Source of the DNA: Candidatus Bathyarchaeia archaeon | GTDB lineage: Archaea > Thermoproteota > Bathyarchaeia > Bathyarchaeales > Bathycorpusculaceae | Assembly (NCBI GenBank): GCA_038882975.1 | Contig: JAVZNE010000001.1 | Coordinates: 224,001 to 288,000 of the forward strand | DNA: 64,000 bases | Reading direction: 5' to 3' | Part shown: in pieces, positions 32,626 to 41,507 of the stretch | How the letters are laid out: the number at the start of each line of letters is the position of its first letter | How positions within the stretch are numbered: the stretch's first letter is position 1 | Position numbers and translations under genes: made by a program | Notes under the pieces: model-generated | What the model saw: only the letters and a program-made list of their open reading frames with translations | Databases searched by the model: none | Told to the model about the DNA's origin: nothing

Positions 32626-33318
32626 ATGGAAATGACTTTAAAGGAAAGACCAAGCAATGTGATGAAAAACGGTATTTTGTTGAAAAAGCTGTTGAAGCTC
32701 CACCATACTCCAATTGGGATCGCCTTAGCGGGAAAAATGCCTAAAAATTTGCCAAAGCTAGACGGAGAAATGGAGTTCTGCAGAATGTGGAAAATGGCAT
32801 TCGAAGGTAACGCTTTCTTTGCTACGGCAAAAAATCATAGCTGTGTTACTGGCCAATACTATTTGGGGTTTAAAAAATGGAGGGGGAGGGTTTGCCGCTT
32901 TTTGGTTGATGAAGTTCAAGCTTATTGCAATTATGATATCGTTGATAAGCACCTCAAAAGTATTCCAAAAATTTCGAAAGCCAAAACTGGAATAATCTGT
33001 GTTGCGCCCCTAGAAAAGGCCAATTTCTCTCCGGACTTAATTTTGGTTAGATGCCGTTCGGAAGAAGCTATGCTCCTCTTTTGGGCTCATTCTTATGCAA
33101 CTGGAGAAACTGTGAAGGGTGAAACTGGAACCGCCATGTGTGTTTCACTTGTTATAAGGCCGTATTTAGAGGGTAAACCAGCATTCAGTTTGGGCGACCC
33201 TGGAGGCAGATATATCATAGGTTTGGATGAAAATGAGCTTGTGTGCTCAGTGCCTACGCAAATTTTTAGTATAATAACTGAAACGTTGCGACTTCGCTTA
33301 AAAGATTGGAAGGAATAA
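32626..33318 (+). CDS. DUF169-like protein
   Basis: PIGI, FC, H.C..G, APLE....PD and SLG..G.R motif spacing. Confidence 0.7.
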   Translation: MEMTLKERPSNVMKNGILLKKLLKLHHTPIGIALAGKMPKNLPKLDGEMEFCRMWKMAFEGNAFFATAKNHSCVTGQYYLGFKKWRGRVCRFLVDEVQAYCNYDIVDKHLKSIPKISKAKTGIICVAPLEKANFSPDLILVRCRSEEAMLLFWAHSYATGETVKGETGTAMCVSLVIRPYLEGKPAFSLGDPGGRYIIGLDENELVCSVPTQIFSIITETLRLRLKDWKE

Positions 33319-33343
33319 TTAAAAAGGCAACAGCTGTGTTCGG

Positions 33344-33787
33344 CTAGACTCTTCTTCCTCTTCTTCCGCCTGGTCTCCTTGTGCCATCATGCGGTATGGG
33401 TGTAACTTCTTCTATTCTGCCTATGCGGAATCCAGCTCTGGCTAGGGCTCTTATGGCTGCTTGTGCGCCTGGTCCAGGTGTTCTTGGTCCTGGTCCGCCT
33501 GGCGCCCGCACTTTTATGTGGATGGCTGTTATTCCCTTGTCTTTGGCGATTTCCGCTGCTGCGGCGGCTGCCCTCATGGCGGCGTACGGTGACGATTCTA
33601 GTCTGTCGGCTTTCACGAACATTCCGCCGGAGGTTCGGGCTATGGTTTCTGCTCCTGAAAGGTCTGTTATGTGGACTATTGTGTTGTTGTAGGAGCTGTA
33701 TATGTGGACTACGCCCCACTTTTCAGTCTTTTTCGCTGTAGTTGCAGTTCCGCTTGTGCTTGTGCCTCCGCTACTGCCACCGCTCAT
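33344..33787 (-). CDS. rps11: 30S ribosomal protein S11
   Basis: [33 protein letters not shown]. Confidence 0.97.
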   Translation of the reverse strand: MSGGSSGGTSTSGTATTAKKTEKWGVVHIYSSYNNTIVHITDLSGAETIARTSGGMFVKADRLESSPYAAMRAAAAAAEIAKDKGITAIHIKVRAPGGPGPRTPGPGAQAAIRALARAGFRIGRIEEVTPIPHDGTRRPGGRRGRRV

Positions 33788-33788
33788 T

Positions 33789-34361
33789 TTATTCTTCACC
33801 CCTCTCCATTTCAGTTCTTTTTCCGGTTTGCGCCGTGGCAGCGAGGGCCATCATTTGGCGTATTGGGTGGCTTGGGTTTGCTAGGGGGCTGTCCGGTGCG
33901 TAGGCGATTTTCTCTTCTTCTTCTCTTGTTACCAGGTAGCTTGGCACTGTTACGCGTTGGTCGCCTATCACTATGTGTCCGTGGGTTATCAGCTGTCTAG
34001 CCTGATAGATAGATTTGGCTAGTCCTTTTCTGAAGACTATTGTTTGGAGGCGCCTCTCAAGTATATCCTCAACCGTTAAGTCTAAAACATCGTCTAAGAC
34101 TGCTGTCTCATGGATTATTCCAAGCTTTTTAAGGCGTGATAGAAGTTCTTCCTCCATTTTTCTCCTTTCTTCTGGCGCCTTGCCTATTAGGGAGCGGGCT
34201 ATGCCCCTAAATTTTGAAAGCATGGTTTTGTGGCGCCACAACTCGCGTTTATTTCGTAAGCCATACTGCCCCAAAAGTTTAAGCTCTTCTTGGAGAACGT
34301 CTGTCCGCCATGGGAATCGTGGTGTCTCATACTTCTTTTTCTGTTTTTTAGGGTCTCCCAT
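33789..34361 (-). CDS. rps4: 30S ribosomal protein S4
   Basis: MGDPKK, YGL.NK.ELW, ERRLQT, ARQLI.HGH. Confidence 0.97.
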   Translation of the reverse strand: MGDPKKQKKKYETPRFPWRTDVLQEELKLLGQYGLRNKRELWRHKTMLSKFRGIARSLIGKAPEERRKMEEELLSRLKKLGIIHETAVLDDVLDLTVEDILERRLQTIVFRKGLAKSIYQARQLITHGHIVIGDQRVTVPSYLVTREEEEKIAYAPDSPLANPSHPIRQMMALAATAQTGKRTEMERGEE

Positions 34362-34363
34362 GG

Positions 34364-34849
34364 CTACTTGCCACCGCCTCCAGGCTTCGCTGCAGCCTTC
34401 TTTTTGACCCCAACAGCTTTGCCCGTTCTCCCAGTTGTTCTTGTTCTTTGTCCTCTAACTTTTAACCCGTAAGCGTGTCTGTATCCTCGCCAAGACTTCA
34501 GCTCCTTCATTTTTTCTATATCCATTTTTGTTCTTAGGATTAGGTCTGCGCTTATTAGGTGCATGTCCTTTCCGGTTTCCAAATCTTTCCGTCTGTTCAA
34601 GAGCCAGTCTGGCAGCCCATATTTTGTCGGTTCTTTGATTATTTCCTCTATTTTTTCAACTTCTGCCTCTGTTAGAAAGCCGGCCCTCATGTTTGGGTCT
34701 ATTCCAGCCTTTTTGAGGATGGCGTTGGCTAGGTTTAGGCTTATGCCCTTAATTTTTCTTATGGCGTAGGGTGCCTTCAGAGTGCCATCTATGTCGGTGT
34801 CTGTTATTCTTAGTATGTGGCGGAATTCTCTGGCTGTTTGGCTTGACAT
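34364..34849 (-). CDS. rps13: 30S ribosomal protein S13
   Basis: IKGI, NRRKD, RG.RH..GL.VRGQRT. Confidence 0.97.
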   Translation of the reverse strand: MSSQTAREFRHILRITDTDIDGTLKAPYAIRKIKGISLNLANAILKKAGIDPNMRAGFLTEAEVEKIEEIIKEPTKYGLPDWLLNRRKDLETGKDMHLISADLILRTKMDIEKMKELKSWRGYRHAYGLKVRGQRTRTTGRTGKAVGVKKKAAAKPGGGGK

Positions 34850-34973
34850 CTAACGCATCCATTCCTGTTTGCAAACTAGAAGTTAATCATATTTTATTTA
34901 AACTTTCCTAGTCTGGCAGAGCAGAAAAACACTTAACAATGCGTTTAAACAGCATTTTAAAAGTGGGCTGAAA

Positions 34974-35315
34974 ATGAGCGGCACGGTGCTTGAGGACAGT
35001 GTTTCTGAAGCCTTCCGTAAGAGGGGCTTCATAGTTTTTACAAGGCAGAACCACTGTGATGTTTTAGCTGTCAAGCCAGACATGAGTTTGGCTTACCTTG
35101 TGGAATGTAAGGATTACGCTTTATCTAGAAAACAACAGGTTTTGGCTGTTAGGGAGCTTAACCGCAACTATACCCATGCGCTGGAACTCTTGATAAAGCA
35201 GCGCTTATGCCCGCAAAAAATATTAAAGGTTCTTGTGGCACGAGGCTTCACTTACCAGGCAAGGGGCATACTGCAATACACTCCGGAAACTTTTATTGAA
35301 CATGTTTCCTCATAA
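34974..35315 (+). CDS. Small PD-(D/E)XK nuclease-fold protein
   Basis: G..LE..V...F..RGF, CDVLAV, LVECK. Confidence 0.65.
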   Translation: MSGTVLEDSVSEAFRKRGFIVFTRQNHCDVLAVKPDMSLAYLVECKDYALSRKQQVLAVRELNRNYTHALELLIKQRLCPQKILKVLVARGFTYQARGILQYTPETFIEHVSS

Positions 35316-35397
35316 AAGTGAGAGAAATCAGCTGTTGCTTGCAATAATTTCACAGTACCAAAATATGTTGCTTCGTTAGAAAAATATGGTGTTGCTC

Positions 35398-37572
35398 TTA
35401 TGACGGGCCCCACTGTGGGCTTGTTTTTCCGAAGTATTTGCAGACGAAGCCTAGGTCTTTGGCGTCTACTTTGCGGTCGTTGTTGACGTCTGCTCTGTAG
35501 CACCATCTTGGGTGGACTGGTGGGCCTGGGTCTGAGCCGAAGGCTTTTGAGGCTACTGCTATGTCTTTGCCGTCGACTGTGCCGTCATAGTTGACGTCGT
35601 AGGGTAGGTGGTTGTTTATTGGGTGTTCTGGTGTTGTGTCTTGTAGGGCGTGGGGTATGTAGTACCATTTCCAGAGGTTGTAGGCGTAAACGCCTGGATA
35701 GATTGGGTTGTAGTACCAGCCTACAACCCATGAACGCTCGAAGTGGCGGCTTATTGGCTGGATTATTGGCACGCTTGGGCAGTCTTCGATGGCTAACACT
35801 TGTATGTCATGATATATTTTGGCTCTATTCGGGCCATCAGGTGTGGCGGTGCCTTCTTCTATTAGTTCATCCATAATGAGGTTGGCATATAGTTGCCATT
35901 TAGTGAAAACTCCTTTACTATGGTAGAAGTTATAGGCGAAGTTGTGTGGGTCTGGATAATCGGCGAGCCACCCCATTGCGAATACTGGTATATAATGCCA
36001 TTGAATAGCTTCGATATAGGATATCCAACTTACATAGTAAATCTGCACGTGGAATTTGCTGTTTAGAGATTCAATACTTTGCTTAAGAGTCAGCGCAAAA
36101 TAATCCGGTGTGCTCCTCGGGACGGAAAGTATGGCTATCGTGAAGCCTGTTTCCCATAAGCCCGGAACCGCTTGGAATTCCTGCACTGCCCTTTCGGGGT
36201 TGCAGGCGTAGCCCTCCACGGTGGGGTCATAATATGGTAGGCCCGGTATTACAGTTGTCGCTGGGACTATTGCCTCGCCTGAGTAAGCATCTTGTACATA
36301 TCTTGTGTAGTTGAAGGCGTAGGCAAAAGCTCTCCTAACGTGTATGCCCCATGTTGTGTTACCAAAGAAATCCCTTGGTATGCCGTCCTCATGGAACTCT
36401 CCAGAAGGATACACCTTACCATATGGTGTGGTTGGATCCACATCAAATGTGAAGAATAAGCAATCCACTGCAAGAATTGGCAAAGGATATATGCATCTTA
36501 CACCAGGCTTATTTAAAACTTCGTTTATGTATTGCCTAGGGACAGCACAAAAGTCAAATTCTCCTGCCAAGAATGCGTCACGTCTCTTTGTCCACGTATA
36601 TGCCCAAGTTACGTTTATACGTTCAACCCATCCGGCAGGCTTTGACATTCCAAATGCTGGAAAATCTGCAGGCCAACCCCTCCAATAATCAACATTTCTC
36701 ACAGCAAACCAGTACATGGCTGAATAATCCAGCGTTTCAAGCTTGTATGGGCCTGTTCCACATGTTATTGGTGTTGGGTCATCTAAGGGCGATATTGCTG
36801 GGTTGTGGTAGTTTATCCAGTTTGTGTAGTCTCCCCATTCTCCATTCCACTCTGGACGACCCAATGTACCTATTACGTAGTTGTTTATCCAAGCTTTACT
36901 TATTATGCTTGACCAAGATTGGCAGAGAATCTGCATAAAAGGCGAATAAACGCTTGGGAAAGCAAGGTTAAACCATACATGGGTAGCGTTTGATTCAACA
37001 GCGTGGTCTATGGCTTTCCCAACGTTGATGACACCCTCTGTTGTGCTTAAGTTAAACTTTGGATCCAGTTCCACAAGCCCATAAGCACCCCAAGTGTTTA
37101 GCAACGGTTCATAAAACATCCATGTTGGGCCTGCCTCTCTGTCTTGGACCATGGCGCGTTCAAAGCTGTATTCAACATCTTCAGGCGTTAATGGGCTTCC
37201 ATCATGGAAGTAAACACCTGTCCTTATTTCAAAAATGTACCTACTATACCAGTGCAAGCCCTCCGGGCTTGTCTCATTAATTTCATGCCATGTCCAGCTC
37301 ACTGAAAGGCTTGGAAGAAAATTATCAACGCTTTCTCCGGTATAAGCTATTAACCTATCATAAACATTGTAAATCAGCTCGGCGCTAGCCGTGTCATAAC
37401 ACCATGCAGGGTCAACAGTTTCTGGCCAAGCACCTTCAATATTTGCAACCCTAAGTTCATAGGGCATATTTATTGGAGGTTGAGCCGAAGCGGGCAAAAG
37501 TCCCCATCCAAATAACAAACAAACTAACAAAGTTGTCGTTCTCAAAATGTTTCTCATTAACTTTCTCCTCAA
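35398..37572 (-). CDS. ABC transporter substrate-binding protein (peptide/nickel family 5) with a C-terminal dockerin-like domain
   Basis: Signal peptide, DPA.CYD, FHDG.PLT.EDV.YSFER, GTGPYKL, GWLADYPDP; tail DVNYDGTVDGKD and DVNNDRKVDAKD. Confidence 0.9.
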   Translation of the reverse strand: MRRKLMRNILRTTTLLVCLLFGWGLLPASAQPPINMPYELRVANIEGAWPETVDPAWCYDTASAELIYNVYDRLIAYTGESVDNFLPSLSVSWTWHEINETSPEGLHWYSRYIFEIRTGVYFHDGSPLTPEDVEYSFERAMVQDREAGPTWMFYEPLLNTWGAYGLVELDPKFNLSTTEGVINVGKAIDHAVESNATHVWFNLAFPSVYSPFMQILCQSWSSIISKAWINNYVIGTLGRPEWNGEWGDYTNWINYHNPAISPLDDPTPITCGTGPYKLETLDYSAMYWFAVRNVDYWRGWPADFPAFGMSKPAGWVERINVTWAYTWTKRRDAFLAGEFDFCAVPRQYINEVLNKPGVRCIYPLPILAVDCLFFTFDVDPTTPYGKVYPSGEFHEDGIPRDFFGNTTWGIHVRRAFAYAFNYTRYVQDAYSGEAIVPATTVIPGLPYYDPTVEGYACNPERAVQEFQAVPGLWETGFTIAILSVPRSTPDYFALTLKQSIESLNSKFHVQIYYVSWISYIEAIQWHYIPVFAMGWLADYPDPHNFAYNFYHSKGVFTKWQLYANLIMDELIEEGTATPDGPNRAKIYHDIQVLAIEDCPSVPIIQPISRHFERSWVVGWYYNPIYPGVYAYNLWKWYYIPHALQDTTPEHPINNHLPYDVNYDGTVDGKDIAVASKAFGSDPGPPVHPRWCYRADVNNDRKVDAKDLGFVCKYFGKTSPQWGPS

Positions 37573-37824
37573 AGAGTTATATGAAAATGGTCAAATAAAT
37601 TTTACGCTAAAATTAATGAAAGGATATACCTGCTGGTTATAAAGCAAAAGTCAACACTCTTTCACAACTTTTAATGCCGTTTGATAATTAGGTTAAGTCT
37701 CTCTGTCCCGTGCCAGGTGCCTTTTTAAAAGGAAAAGCGCATCGAAAATCTTAGGATGTGGATGAAATTGATGATGTACAGCCTTTTATAGGAGCGAAGT
37801 AGTGTCGCGGTTTAATTCAAACAA

Positions 37825-37848
37825 TGGTGCTCGGCCGGGATTTGAACC
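37825..37848 (-). mobile_element. Isolated tRNA 3'-end fragment (T-loop to CCA), putative att-site remnant
   Basis: Reverse complement is GGTTCAAATCCCGGCCGAGCACCA; no 5' half of a tRNA is present. Confidence 0.7.
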
Positions 37849-37880
37849 GAAACAACAATGCTTGGAGATATCCCCATTAA

Positions 37881-38282
37881 ATTGAAAGGTTCGATGGCTG
37901 CTTCACAAAGGTGGTTCGCAATTACCGGTTTTATGATTATTAGTTTCACTTCATAAGTTTTGAAGCGGGGTTACGCGATATTAATGAAATTTCATGGACT
38001 CTGATATCCCTATTTACAATTCAAATAATTACTTTAATAGCAGCAATAGCTTTTATTTTCCTCGTAAACAAGAGATTTTTATGCATCATTCCAGCGGTCT
38101 TATGCCCCATAACCACGCTATTAATGATAAGTATAACTATGTGCCTGAACCAAACAACATTGGGCAGTTCCGACTATCAATTAGGCTATTGGCCAACATA
38201 TCCCTCAGAAGTGCTGTTCATAGCCAACATACTGGTAAAAAGCAAGAAGTTTACGAAAATCTCAAATAAAATCCGAGCGTAA
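37881..38282 (+). pseudogene. Degraded hypothetical membrane-protein gene
   Basis: Hydrophobic frame (WTLISLFTIQIITLIAAIAFIF...YQLGYWPTYPS) interrupted by TAG at 37941; no clear start. Confidence 0.4.
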
Positions 38283-38421
38283 GATTCTTTTAAACGATGA
38301 CTAGAGAAATAGATGAGGGATTTATGATGCTTTTCTTTTGCCTAGCCAAAGGATGATGCCAGCGATTATCCAGCAGATTATTGTGCTTACTGGTGTGAAG
38401 CTGCAGTGGGCGTAGTAGAAA

Positions 38422-38737
38422 AGAAAAAGGATTGCAAGAAAGCTAAAACAATCCAAGAATGCTAAAAATAAGTCTGCACACTTTCCGCCATTGAAAAGGC
38501 ACAATAGAATATCATAAAACCAAAGACCTCTTATACGTCAAAAATGTTCTTGGACATAAAGATATAAAGTCGACTATGACCTACATAAACATTGAAAACG
38601 CTTTATCCCAGAACAGCAACGATGAATTTCATGTAAAAACAGCAAAAACCGTTGAAGAAGCAACAAAACTCATTGAAGTAGGCTTCGAATTCGTCCACGA
38701 ATTTGATGGCATCATGATATTTCGGAAAAGGAAATAG
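38422..38737 (+). pseudogene. Tyrosine recombinase/integrase C-terminal remnant
   Basis: Translates as ISLHTFRH*KGT...VLGHKDIKSTMTY...IFRKRK, with HxxRH, LGH and the catalytic Y. TGA at 38492, frameshift near 38450, N-terminal part missing. Confidence 0.85.
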
Positions 38738-38748
38738 TGTATTGCCAT

Positions 38749-38788
38749 TATGTCATAAATCCGAATAATAAGTCATAAATCGTAATAT
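38749..38788. promoter_or_regulatory. Tandem direct repeat GTCATAAATC (20 bp period) upstream of a wHTH gene
   Basis: Copies at 38752-38761 and 38772-38781. Confidence 0.45.
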
Positions 38789-38848
38789 AGGTTAAATCTT
38801 TTAAGCAGAATAGCCTATAACAGAAAGCGTGTTGGAGTGCTGATTTGG

Positions 38849-39184
38849 ATGGTTGGGAGTGGGGAAGAGGAGAAGATTAGGCGTATATTGACGGATGCTA
38901 GGCTTTCGGCGATTAAGGCTATGTTGGAGAAGGACCACGCCATTGACTGTATTTTCCTATTGTATATGGGGCGGGGGAAGTGGAAGGAAGCGAAGGAGTT
39001 TATGAGGGCTAATGGGTTGACGCTTAGTGATGGCACTTTTAGGGCTAGGATGATGGAGATTGAGGAGCTTGGCTTAGCGAAAAGTGAGCGGTTAGACCCT
39101 TTGAAGAAGAAGTATGAGAAGACGGAGTTTGGCGACAAAGTTGCTAAACTTCTCATAGAGTTCTTTGACAAGCTTGGCGTTTAG
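38849..39184 (+). CDS. Winged-helix-like DNA-binding protein
   Basis: LSDGTFRARMMEIEELGLA recognition helix followed by a wing ending YEKTEFG. Confidence 0.7.
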   Translation: MVGSGEEEKIRRILTDARLSAIKAMLEKDHAIDCIFLLYMGRGKWKEAKEFMRANGLTLSDGTFRARMMEIEELGLAKSERLDPLKKKYEKTEFGDKVAKLLIEFFDKLGV

Positions 39185-39296
39185 GCTTTAGGCTTCTCCT
39201 CTTGGTTGTGTTGAAAGGGGCGAGAAAGGTTTCTGGTAATTTTCGATTTGTAGTTAGTTATATAAATGTCAATTTTGTTGCTGGTGTTGAACTGCA

Positions 39297-39555
39297 AAAT
39301 TGGTAGCCCCTCTCTAGAATTTTAGCGCTTAGGTTATATTTGTTGTTGGTTTGGCTTAGCAGATATGCTACCCCTCTATGGAATTTGGGCAGTTTTCTGG
39401 CACCATTTTCTCTACCCTCTCCCTCTAGGTTTTGTTACCTTGCAGGTCAATTTAGGAGCGCAGATGTTGTTAAGTTGGATACCTCTCTAGGATTTTTATT
39501 GTTGTTTTGGTTTGTGGGTGTGCCAATAGTGTCTAGCCTCTCTATGGTTTTGTGT
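39297..39555 (+). repeat. Array of five degenerate YCTCTA-(G/T)-T-run units (dispersed repeat family, copy 2)
   Basis: CTCTA cores at 39312, 39374, 39423, 39485 and 39540, each preceded by a C-rich run and followed by a T-run. Confidence 0.75.
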
Positions 39556-39662
39556 GTTGTTTTGTTTTACAAATGGATAATATGGTGTATTAAGTCGTAA
39601 GATTTAAATTCTAAGCTTCCCCTAACATACACGATAACAAAAAGGGAGGGATATAAAAGAAA

Positions 39663-40106
39663 ATGAAAATGCTGAAGAGTAGGAAAGCCCTAAGCCCCGT
39701 AGTAGCATCCATCATCCTCATAGCCGTAACAGTCGCCGTCAGCCTAGCCGTGGCTGTATGGATGGGTGGACTAGCCTTCACATTCACAAAAACAGAAGAA
39801 CTAAAGATAACGGGTGCTGACTGGGTGGCTCCGTCTGGCGGAAGCAAATATGTGAACATCTCAGTGTCAAATACCGGCGCATCTGCGGTCTCTGTCTCTA
39901 AAGTATATATAGATAACGTACAATACTCGGTAGCTGGCTATAGTGGGTTTACATATGATTCTTCAACTGGTAGTTATACTTTGGCCAAAGGAGCGTCTGG
40001 TGTGCTCAAAGTAACCTTCCCCTGGTCTTCAAATCAAAAGTATACTATAGCGTTGCAAACAACCACTGGAAATAAGTACGAATATACAACAACAGCTGTT
40101 CCATAA
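39663..40106 (+). CDS. Archaeal type IV pilin (class III signal peptide)
   Basis: RKA/LSPVVASIILIAVTVAVS prepilin motif; Ser/Thr-rich beta domain. Confidence 0.92.
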   Translation: MKMLKSRKALSPVVASIILIAVTVAVSLAVAVWMGGLAFTFTKTEELKITGADWVAPSGGSKYVNISVSNTGASAVSVSKVYIDNVQYSVAGYSGFTYDSSTGSYTLAKGASGVLKVTFPWSSNQKYTIALQTTTGNKYEYTTTAVP

Positions 40107-40201
40107 CAAACTGCAGACAACGTTGAGATTGGGGGTAGGGTGTTAGCTGTTTCCAAAATTTTCCCCTATTCTATTGTTCCATGTTGGAGGTGTAAAATCG
40201 T

Positions 40202-40627
40202 ATGGTAGTGGAATTGAAGGAGTATGCTTCGGCTGAGGACATAGCCGAAACCCTGGAGAAGCAGATAGCCGAAACTAAGAGCACTTTGGGCGAGTACCTG
40301 CGCCGCCTAGACGAGATTAGGGCACTAGCCGAAAAGTCTAAGAAAATCCGAGAAGTGGTTATGAAGTTGGCTGGGAAGAAGGCGGCTGCCGAAAGCCTTG
40401 GCGAAATAACAGTTGGCAGTTTAAGTATTGTTTTGGATGCCAACCCATTCCACGAGCTGACAGCCATAGAGCAGGTAGTCCGAAGCTATCAGGAGAGGCT
40501 TCTGGTCTTGCAGAAAGCACGAGAAGCCCTAAAATGGCTTGACCAGCTAGGAGACACTGAAGGCTTAAAATACATTGTTGTTGAAAACGACGGCGTTCCA
40601 GAGCGCATCCTATTCAAAATAACATAG
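40202..40627 (+). CDS. Hypothetical coiled-coil protein
   Basis: SD GGAGGTG; helix, short beta segment, helix pattern. Confidence 0.75.
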   Translation: MVVELKEYASAEDIAETLEKQIAETKSTLGEYLRRLDEIRALAEKSKKIREVVMKLAGKKAAAESLGEITVGSLSIVLDANPFHELTAIEQVVRSYQERLLVLQKAREALKWLDQLGDTEGLKYIVVENDGVPERILFKIT

Positions 40628-40657
40628 CCAAGCGCCCTCCTTTAAAGTGGTGAAAGC

Positions 40658-41491
40658 ATGATGGAAAATGATGTCTATGCTGTTGCGCTACAAAATGCCT
40701 TAAACGAGATGCGAAACGCTTGTCCAGAAATACATCACGCCTTCATCCTCAAAGAAACAGGCGAAGTAATCGCCGGAGACGCGGAAACCCCTCAAAAGGT
40801 CGTTGTTCGAGTTTTAGACGCCTTCAACGGCATATTCAACAGGGCTGAAGCCATAGGAGGCGTTGAAGCTATAACCCTAAAATGTGGCGGCGGCACGGTA
40901 ACCCTCCACAGTTTTGGCGAAAATCACCTCGTCATGGTCACGTCTGCAAAGGCAGACCTAAACTACATAAACACTTTAACCCGCGTCCTAATCCCAACAG
41001 TTCTTAAACTGCTAGAGAAAATCAGCCCTACCCCCCTCAAAAACATACCCCCACAGAAGACGGCAAGGCCAACACCACCAGCCATAAGCGAACTAGAAAC
41101 CCCAAAAATCGGCGAACCCCCAGAGGAGGAGGTTGCCGAAGAACCAATTATGGAAAAGCCAAAACAAGAGGAAGTTAAAACAGAAGTGCCGTCCTTCGAG
41201 GTGCCAGCCACCCAGCTAATAGTGGAAAACATTGGAGGCTTGCTAGTGCCATCAGATACTGTGCGCATAGACAATGAAACCCTAACTCAATGGGAAAACA
41301 TGTTTGAAGGCAAAAAAGTTGAATACGTCGAAATAGAAACTTTCGATGGAAAAACAACAAAGTGCAAGGTTAAACCCATAAAGGACTCAAAATATTTTGG
41401 CAAGGGGATAGTGCAAGTTCCAGAGAAAATGCAGCTAACCCTGGAAATCAAGAAGGGCGAACTCGTCAGGGTTAAGCCTATAATAGAATAA
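40658..41491 (+). CDS. Roadblock/LC7-like N-domain + Pro/Glu linker + CDC48-N-like double-psi beta-barrel C-domain
   Basis: N-terminal helix then AFILKETGEVIA. C-terminal DTVRID...GKGIVQVP...IKKGELVRVKP resembles the CDC48 N-domain. Confidence 0.6.
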   Translation: MMENDVYAVALQNALNEMRNACPEIHHAFILKETGEVIAGDAETPQKVVVRVLDAFNGIFNRAEAIGGVEAITLKCGGGTVTLHSFGENHLVMVTSAKADLNYINTLTRVLIPTVLKLLEKISPTPLKNIPPQKTARPTPPAISELETPKIGEPPEEEVAEEPIMEKPKQEEVKTEVPSFEVPATQLIVENIGGLLVPSDTVRIDNETLTQWENMFEGKKVEYVEIETFDGKTTKCKVKPIKDSKYFGKGIVQVPEKMQLTLEIKKGELVRVKPIIE

Positions 41492-41507
41492 AAACGGAGG
41501 CGCGTTC

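Noticed and set aside
37760-37820. C/D box sRNA (TGATGA)
   Set aside because: No CTGA D box at a suitable distance.
37780-37900. Functional tRNA gene
   Set aside because: Only the T-loop-to-CCA part is present; D and anticodon arms are absent and the acceptor strand is one base short.
38492-38494. Selenocysteine or recoded TGA in the integrase
   Set aside because: The fragment is also frameshifted and truncated; a TGG-to-TGA nonsense mutation is simpler.
37994-38504. ORF-track ORFs 37994-38269 (+) and 38322-38504 (-) as intact genes
   Set aside because: The first is an alternative frame of a decayed membrane-protein gene. The second runs antisense into the integrase remnant.
39297-39555. 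CRISPR array
   Set aside because: The conserved core is short and degenerate, spacing is irregular (49-62 bp), and there are no cas genes in the window.
39297-39555. Replication origin with ORB repeats
   Set aside because: There is a G-run on the minus strand, but no TTCCAGTGGAA-like core and no cdc6/orc1 gene nearby.
39340-39600. 86-aa ORF over the repeat array
   Set aside because: No RBS, and its composition is explained by the G/T-rich repeat DNA.
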